IMG/VR virus record: IMGVR_UViG_3300023105_001655
DNA: 64,000 bases
Reading direction: 5' to 3' (one strand)
Source: an uncultured virus (IMG/VR IMGVR_UViG_3300023105_001655)
Taxonomy: Duplodnaviria; Heunggongvirae; Uroviricota; Caudoviricetes
The notes below the pieces were generated by a model. That model had not been told where the DNA came from. It ran no database searches and saw only the letters and a list, made by a program, of their open reading frames with translations. Position numbers and translations under genes: made by a program. Below, one piece after another: positions 58,613 to 64,000 of the stretch (positions within the stretch are counted from its first letter, which is position 1; the number at the start of each line of letters is the position of its first letter).

Positions 58613-59124
58613 GCGATTTAGAATTACTTCCCCTTAACCACCCCATGCTAAAGGTTCCGCCTAATGAGTTTGTGGATTGGGAAAATGCAGAAGAATTTGG
58701 AGATAAGATTTGGAAAAGACAGCAGTCTTTGGGCGGGATCGGATTGTCTGCAAATCAGGTTGGGTTGAATGCTAGGGTATTTACTATGGGTGCTGGTGCA
58801 AAAAAATGGATATTCTTTAATCCAGAACTAGTTTCTCATAGTGACACTGTTGTAATGATGGAAGAGGGTTGCTTGAGTGCGCCTGGATTGATGTTGAGAG
58901 TCAAAAGACCAGAAAAGTGTACACTCTCATATCAAAATGAAAATCAAGAAATTGTTATGGAAGAGTTTGATGGTCTTTGGGCTAGAGTTGTTTTGCATGA
59001 ATATGATCATATGTTAGGACAAAACATGTTGCAAAGAGTTGGTAAACTGCAACTAGATAGGGCTTTGAAAAAGGTGAAAAAACAAAACAAAAAAATTAAG
59101 ATGTTGAAGTCTAGTGCTGCATAA
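58609..59124 (+). CDS. def: Peptide deformylase
   Basis: GIGLSANQVG, EGCLS and HEYDH motifs all intact. Confidence 0.93.
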   Translation: MSDLELLPLNHPMLKVPPNEFVDWENAEEFGDKIWKRQQSLGGIGLSANQVGLNARVFTMGAGAKKWIFFNPELVSHSDTVVMMEEGCLSAPGLMLRVKRPEKCTLSYQNENQEIVMEEFDGLWARVVLHEYDHMLGQNMLQRVGKLQLDRALKKVKKQNKKIKMLKSSAA

Positions 59125-59127
59125 ATA
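59120..59127 (+). promoter_or_regulatory. Late-promoter variant CATAAATA before iscU
   Basis: One mismatch to consensus; same 5-nt spacing to ATG as three other late starts; no SD. Confidence 0.55.
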
Positions 59128-59132
59128 TAGAC

Positions 59133-59540
59133 ATGGCTTATTCAGATAAAGTACTAGATCACTACGAGAACCCAAGGAATGTTGGCAAACTTGACGAAAA
59201 TGATGAAACTGTCGGAACTGGCATGGTCGGAGCTCCAGCGTGTGGAGACGTTATGCGGTTGCAAATCCGAGTATCGGATGACGGAATTATTGAAGACGCT
59301 AAATTCAAAACTTACGGATGCGGCAGTGCTATTGCTTCTTCATCACTACTCACAGAATGGGTTAGAGGAAAGTCCCTTGACGAAGCAGGAAAAATCCGCA
59401 ATACAGAAATTGCTCAAGAACTATCACTCCCGCCTGTAAAGATTCATTGTAGTGTACTTGCCGAAGATGCAATCAAGGCGGCAATAAAAAACTATCAAGA
59501 GAAGCATGGAAACGATACAGATCACCAAACAAGCCGCTGA
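59133..59540 (+). CDS. iscU: Fe-S cluster scaffold IscU
   Basis: MAYS.KV.DHYENPRNVG; GAPACGDVM; FKTYGCGSAIASSS; LPPVKIHCSVLAEDAIKAA. Confidence 0.97.
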   Translation: MAYSDKVLDHYENPRNVGKLDENDETVGTGMVGAPACGDVMRLQIRVSDDGIIEDAKFKTYGCGSAIASSSLLTEWVRGKSLDEAGKIRNTEIAQELSLPPVKIHCSVLAEDAIKAAIKNYQEKHGNDTDHQTSR

Positions 59541-59832
59541 TTGGATTGGAAAACAATTACAAGAACGTGGAAGAGGGTTGGGTGTGAGAGTGGGTGTCAC
59601 TCCGAGTGGGTGTACTGGATTCAAGTACGTTATTGAGTATGCCGATCACCAATCTATAGAAGATGTTGTAGTCGAAGAACACGGCGTAACAGTTTTCATT
59701 GATCCAAAAAGTTTGTTGTACCTCTCTGGGTCTTTGATAGATTTTAAGAGAGAGGGTATCAACAGCGGCATAGAAATTTCCAACCCAAAGGCAACCGCAC
59801 ACTGTGGTTGTGGAGAGAGTTTCGCCGTCTAG
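59506..59832 (+). CDS. iscA: A-type Fe-S carrier IscA
   Basis: RVGV..SGC.G..Y; V.IDPKSL.YL.G..IDF; NP.....CGCGESF. Confidence 0.93.
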   Translation: METIQITKQAADWIGKQLQERGRGLGVRVGVTPSGCTGFKYVIEYADHQSIEDVVVEEHGVTVFIDPKSLLYLSGSLIDFKREGINSGIEISNPKATAHCGCGESFAV

Positions 59833-59841
59833 GAGAAATAG

Positions 59842-60210
59842 ATGTCAGATGATTTCGATTTTGGTTTTACTGCGGTAGATGACGTACCTACCAGTACAAC
59901 CGTCCCATCCGAACCTGTACAGGCTACATTGCCCGAGGGGTCTTTGGATTCGATCATGGATAAACTAGAACAATTGGAATCCAGAATCCTGTCTGCCGAT
60001 AATACTGGCATGATAAACGAACACCGAGCCCTGTTGGAGGCCGATGTTAGTGGCAAATTGAAGGATGTAGAACTGCTGATCCTGCCCCTGTTGCAGAATC
60101 TCAAAAAGAACCCCGAAAAGGACTACATTCACTGGCCCAATAGAACCGCCATAATTGACAAACAAATCGAGAAAATTCTCGCCGTAACTCGCTATTTTGA
60201 GCGGATTTGA
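59842..60210 (+). CDS. Conserved phage hypothetical protein
   Basis: DFDFGFTAV...ILPLL.NLKKNPEKDYI.WPNR; AGGAG SD. Confidence 0.8.
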   Translation: MSDDFDFGFTAVDDVPTSTTVPSEPVQATLPEGSLDSIMDKLEQLESRILSADNTGMINEHRALLEADVSGKLKDVELLILPLLQNLKKNPEKDYIHWPNRTAIIDKQIEKILAVTRYFERI

Positions 60211-60234
60211 TCGAAAAAAATTGAAAAAAATTTG

Positions 60235-60247
60235 TAAGCCCTTGATT
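60235..60247. promoter_or_regulatory. IHF consensus box
   Basis: TAAGCCCTTGATT is the reverse complement of WATCAANNNNTTR. Confidence 0.55.
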
Positions 60248-60276
60248 TATAAGGAAATCTTTTTTCGCTGGGCCCC

Positions 60277-60305
60277 TTGACTTTTGCCTCGATAGCTGTC
60301 ATACT
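60277..60305 (+). promoter_or_regulatory. Early sigma70-type promoter
   Basis: TTGACT-N17-CATACT with TGn extended -10. Confidence 0.75.
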
Positions 60306-60332
60306 ATACATGTATTTGAGAGTGAGAGTTAT

Positions 60333-62630
60333 ATGAATATTGAATCCAAGTCCTATCTCGCCAAGTTGTTGGCCACCGAAGACCTTGCGATAGAACATGC
60401 TAATGTTCCTACCGCAGCGTTCGATCTTAAAAACCGCAAAATTATTCTTCCCAATTGGAAAGATATGCCCGGCTATGTTTACGATCTTCTGATCGGACAT
60501 GAAGTTGGCCACGGTTTGGTCACCCCCGCTGAAGGATGGCATGATGCTGTTTGTGATCAAGGTGCTGGTTTCAAGTCATTCCTAAATGTTATTGAAGACG
60601 CTCGCAACGAACGACTAGTCAAGCAACGATACCCCGGCCTTGTTAAATCATTCTACAAGGGTTATCGTTTCCTATTCGACAAAGATTTTTTCGGTGTTGC
60701 TGATAAAGATGTCAACACCCTGCCTCTGATTGATCGTATCAATCTTCATTACAAGATTGGTTCATTCCTCAATGTTCAGTTTTCCGATTCCGAGAAAGAA
60801 TTTCTCGCTCGCATTGATTCTGCTGAGGAATGGTCTGATGTAGTTGACATTGCCAATGATCTTTATAATGGCGCAATGGAAGATATGGAAGATCAGCAAC
60901 AGGAACAGCCTGCTCCTGCCGCTGGCGAAGATGACAGTGAAGAAGTCGAGGGTCAAGGTTCCTCAATGGAAATGTCCGATGACGCCGAAGATACTGATGA
61001 TCCCACCGAGGGCGATGGCCAATCTGGTGAGACCACTGGCGAAGAGTCCGATGACAGTTCCGAATCTGCCGAGTCTACTGATTCCGAATCTGATTCTCAA
61101 TCTGACACCGAACAGTCTGAATCTGATCAACCGATTGAATCACAATCAAGTCAATCAAGTGAATCGCCTGTTGAAGATGGCGAACCCATGTCGCAAACCG
61201 ACAGAAGTTTCCGTCAAAATGAAAGTCGCCTCTTGGAGTCTGACAGTGAATCAGTTTTCACCGCTTACTTCCCCAAGTTTATCAGTCGCAAACACCATGT
61301 AATCCCCGTCTCAAAAACTTGGGACTTTGAGTTCAAACTAACAAAAAATTATTATGATGAAGTTTCTGCCGATGAGGCAAAAGCCTATCGTAAAAGTTTG
61401 TCTGATGCGTTTCGATCTAAAAACAAGTCTTCCATCAATCAGTTGGTCATGCAGTTTGAGATGAAGCGCAAGGCGTCTGAGTTACGCAAGGCACAGGTTC
61501 ACAATACTGGCAAACTCAATGAAGATAAGTTGTGGGCCTACAAGTTGACCGAAGACTTGTTCTTGTCAAACACTGTCACGCCTTCTGGCAAAAACCACGG
61601 CATGTTCATGATTCTTGATATGTCTGGTTCTATGGCTCAACATATGGCTGGCACAATTGAACAGTTATTGATACAAGTTTCCTTCTGCAAAAAAGTTGGC
61701 ATCCCATTTGATGTATATGGTTTTGTTTGTGGTATGGATATGAGAGAAGGTGTTCGCCAGTCAAATTCTGAAAATGAAATTTGCATCAATCCTGGCACTG
61801 GTATGATTCAATTAATCACTTCAGAATCTTCACCCAGTGACTACAAAAAACAATTTGAAAGTCTTTTGATTTACGCTGATACTTGGGCTAATTATGGTAG
61901 TCGTTGGCGTTCTAACCGACACAATGGATGTCTTGCCAATTATGCCGATCTTCCTCGACACTTGTCGTTGGGTTCTACCCCCCTTGCCGGTGCTATGATC
62001 ATTGCTACTGATCTTGCCAAAGAATTCAAAGACCGCAATCGTGTCGAAGTGCTTAACACCATTGTTCTTTCCGATGGCGGTAACACTGATGAGTATGAAA
62101 TTTGGGGTGACAATATCAGAGATGATGGCTGGAGAAATCGCAAATCAGTTTTCGCCACTAAACTCATTCTAAAACGTGGCACTACTTCTGTTGTGGTTAA
62201 ACAACCCGCCGCAGTTTATCAGTCACGTTACCGTATTGGCAAAGAGATGTCTCTTCTCGCTGGTATTGCCATGTTCAAAAAAGTTACGGGTTCCCGCATG
62301 GTAAACTTCTGGATCACCAGTAAAAAACGTGGCGATGTCAAAAATGCTTACAATTGGGTAACCCTCAATCCGTATCAATGGGATACCGCTGAGTTTGATG
62401 CCGTATACAAAAGTACTTGGTTGAAAAAAGATTACCTGCCACTTGATAGTGCATGGGGATATGATCAGGCTTTCCTTATCAAAGGTGGTTCTGATCTCAA
62501 AATTGATGATGCTGAATTGGAAGTAAAGTCCGAAAAGAAGTCAGATATTCTGCGTGGATTCCGCCAATTTCAGTCCAAAAAGACCAATTCCCGCCACTTT
62601 ATCAATCGATTTATTGATATGGTTGCGTAA
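60333..62630 (+). CDS. Metallopeptidase-like plus VWA domain protein (CobT-like partner of a MoxR ATPase)
   Basis: TA.FD...R...LP.W; HEVGH; N..ED.R.E; acidic linker; MIDAS DMSGSM, STPL, LSDG. Confidence 0.85.
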   Translation: MNIESKSYLAKLLATEDLAIEHANVPTAAFDLKNRKIILPNWKDMPGYVYDLLIGHEVGHGLVTPAEGWHDAVCDQGAGFKSFLNVIEDARNERLVKQRYPGLVKSFYKGYRFLFDKDFFGVADKDVNTLPLIDRINLHYKIGSFLNVQFSDSEKEFLARIDSAEEWSDVVDIANDLYNGAMEDMEDQQQEQPAPAAGEDDSEEVEGQGSSMEMSDDAEDTDDPTEGDGQSGETTGEESDDSSESAESTDSESDSQSDTEQSESDQPIESQSSQSSESPVEDGEPMSQTDRSFRQNESRLLESDSESVFTAYFPKFISRKHHVIPVSKTWDFEFKLTKNYYDEVSADEAKAYRKSLSDAFRSKNKSSINQLVMQFEMKRKASELRKAQVHNTGKLNEDKLWAYKLTEDLFLSNTVTPSGKNHGMFMILDMSGSMAQHMAGTIEQLLIQVSFCKKVGIPFDVYGFVCGMDMREGVRQSNSENEICINPGTGMIQLITSESSPSDYKKQFESLLIYADTWANYGSRWRSNRHNGCLANYADLPRHLSLGSTPLAGAMIIATDLAKEFKDRNRVEVLNTIVLSDGGNTDEYEIWGDNIRDDGWRNRKSVFATKLILKRGTTSVVVKQPAAVYQSRYRIGKEMSLLAGIAMFKKVTGSRMVNFWITSKKRGDVKNAYNWVTLNPYQWDTAEFDAVYKSTWLKKDYLPLDSAWGYDQAFLIKGGSDLKIDDAELEVKSEKKSDILRGFRQFQSKKTNSRHFINRFIDMVA

Positions 62631-62640
62631 GTTGTTGATT
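62628..62640. promoter_or_regulatory. IHF consensus box
   Basis: TAAGTTGTTGATT is the reverse complement of WATCAANNNNTTR. Confidence 0.55.
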
Positions 62641-62679
62641 TCAAAGGGAAAGAAAATTCAATTATTTTCGCCAAGCCCC

Positions 62680-62708
62680 TTGACTTCTGCTTCGGGATGT
62701 AGTAAGCT
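62680..62708 (+). promoter_or_regulatory. Early sigma70-type promoter
   Basis: TTGACT-N17-TAAGCT; shares TTTTCGC...GCCCCTTGACTT context with the 60277 promoter. Confidence 0.7.
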
Positions 62709-62749
62709 AGTAGTATGTTGAGTGATTGAGTTAATAGAGAGAGTAAATT

Positions 62750-63934
62750 ATGAGTATTAAACAGAAAGATCAACTGATGGCCGCCCTTGCTGAGTCTAAC
62801 AACCAGACGGGTATTTTCTCAAAATCTGAAGTTATGGATATCGCCCGTGAGGCTGGTCTCAAAAACCCGATGTGGTTTTTCAAAGAGGCCAAGGTTGGCC
62901 GCAATCAGTTTAACCCCGAGATGGTTGGCCAAGTTGTGTCAATGCCCAAACCAACCAAACCAGTGGCGGTTATTCAAACCCAACCCGAACCAGTGGCCGC
63001 TGCTGCTTCTAGGGTTCTAACTCAGGCGAAACTTGCTGTGGAAATTGAAAACCTAGTTCCTGCCGCTGACAAAACATATGTTCCTTTTGGTTTCTATCGT
63101 GACCTAGTGAACATTGTCAAGTCTGGTATGTTCTATCCTACATTCATTTGTGGTTTGTCGGGTAACGGTAAAACCATGATGGTTGAACAGGTTTGTGCCA
63201 AACTCAAACGTGAGGCAATCCGTGTCAACATTTCGATTGAGACCGATGAAGATGATCTGATCGGTGGCAATACGTTGGTTGATGGTAACGTAGTTTACCG
63301 TGAAGGCCCTGTGCTGACTGCCATGAAACGTGGCGCTGTCTTGATCCTTGATGAGATTGATCGTGGATCAAACAAGTTGATGTGTCTACAGGCAATCCTT
63401 GAAGGCAAACCCTACTTCAACAAAAAGACTGGCGAAGTTGTTACTCCCGCCTCTGGTTTCAATGTGATCGCTACTGCGAACACCAAGGGCCGTGGTTCTG
63501 ATGACGGTAAGTTCATGGGTGCTCAGGTTCTTGATGAGGCATTCCTCGAACGATTCGCAATCACGGTTGAACAGGAATACCCGTCTTCCGCTCAAGAGAA
63601 AAAAATTGTTCTCAACAAGATGGAAGTCGCTGACTGCGTTGATGATGAATTCGCCGACAAGTTGGTACTGTGGGCTGATGTGATCCGAAAGACTTTCTAT
63701 GAGGGTGGCATTGATGAGTTGGTTTCAACCCGCCGTCTAGAACACATTGTCAAGGCATACGCCATGTTCAAAGATCGCCTCAAGGCAATTCAGTTGTGTG
63801 TCAACCGTTTCGACACTGACACCAAGTCTGCCTTCATCGATCTTTACACCAAGGTTGATGCTGGTGTTGATCTTGATGCCCCTGCTGAAGACCAGAATGA
63901 TGACAACCCAGAGGCAGATAACTATGACTTCTAA
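62750..63934 (+). CDS. cobS: MoxR-type AAA+ ATPase (phage CobS-like)
   Basis: FYP.FI.GLSGNGKT; ETDEDDLIGG; LDEID; ATANTKG.GSDDG; LDEAFLERF; STRRL. Confidence 0.9.
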   Translation: MSIKQKDQLMAALAESNNQTGIFSKSEVMDIAREAGLKNPMWFFKEAKVGRNQFNPEMVGQVVSMPKPTKPVAVIQTQPEPVAAAASRVLTQAKLAVEIENLVPAADKTYVPFGFYRDLVNIVKSGMFYPTFICGLSGNGKTMMVEQVCAKLKREAIRVNISIETDEDDLIGGNTLVDGNVVYREGPVLTAMKRGAVLILDEIDRGSNKLMCLQAILEGKPYFNKKTGEVVTPASGFNVIATANTKGRGSDDGKFMGAQVLDEAFLERFAITVEQEYPSSAQEKKIVLNKMEVADCVDDEFADKLVLWADVIRKTFYEGGIDELVSTRRLEHIVKAYAMFKDRLKAIQLCVNRFDTDTKSAFIDLYTKVDAGVDLDAPAEDQNDDNPEADNYDF

Positions 63935-64000
63935 GAAAGATTACAAATACAATGAGGGTCAGCTGATCGCTGACCTTCAAGCATATGTTGATAGTACATA
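63924..64000 (+). CDS. Start of a conserved hypothetical protein, truncated at window edge
   Basis: MTSKKDYKYNEGQLIADLQAYVDST; the YKYNE...L..Y...T pattern typically follows cobS in T4-like marine phages. Confidence 0.6.
   Translation, partial: MTSKKDYKYNEGQLIADLQAYVDST

Noticed and set aside
72..63683. Many short antisense or alternate-frame ORFs in the six-frame track (e.g. 36932-37516, 38075-38608, 56390-56956)
   Set aside because: They are shadows of well-supported genes, with no SD or recognisable motif.
60333..63934. cobS/cobT as cobalamin biosynthesis genes
   Set aside because: No cobN or other cob genes; the architecture is a generic MoxR-VWA pair.
1..64000. tRNA, rRNA, integrase or transposase
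   Set aside because: Intergenic gaps are short and explained by promoters or terminators; no cloverleaf or recombinase motif seen by eye. tRNAscan and Infernal were not run.

Overview
A 64 kb segment of a large, AT-rich T4-like myovirus. The gene order resembles marine T4-like phages, and the iscU/iscA genes point to a proteobacterial host. Almost all genes are on the + strand. In order: baseplate (gp48 end, gp53, hub, gp5, gp25, PAAR, gp6, gp7, gp8, a 2426-aa VrlC/DUF4815-like protein); fibre-like proteins; a 7 kb convergent island of five glycosyltransferases, a 2OG-Fe(II) oxygenase-like protein and a methyltransferase-like protein; a cluster of small head/neck fibre proteins; neck, terminase, sheath, tube, portal, protease, scaffold and major capsid (gp13-gp23); gp3, uvsY, uvsW and gp55; a sigma70-driven, translationally coupled run (DenV-like, DUF4338/DruA-like, cytidylyltransferase, beta-glucosyltransferase-like, gp47, SGNH-like, gp46, peptide deformylase), then iscU and iscA; and an early-type VWA/MoxR (CobT/CobS-like) pair. 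The best candidates for undescribed biology are (1) a putative DNA hypermodification cassette at the position T4 uses for alpha-gt, and (2) the glycosyltransferase island beside a Tyr/Gly-repeat fibre, which includes a GT fused to a degenerate radical-SAM/SPASM region. Regulatory patterns include TATAAATA-N5-ATG leaderless late starts, helically phased IHF boxes and an antisense sigma70 promoter. All family calls come from motif recognition by eye and from synteny; no database search was run.
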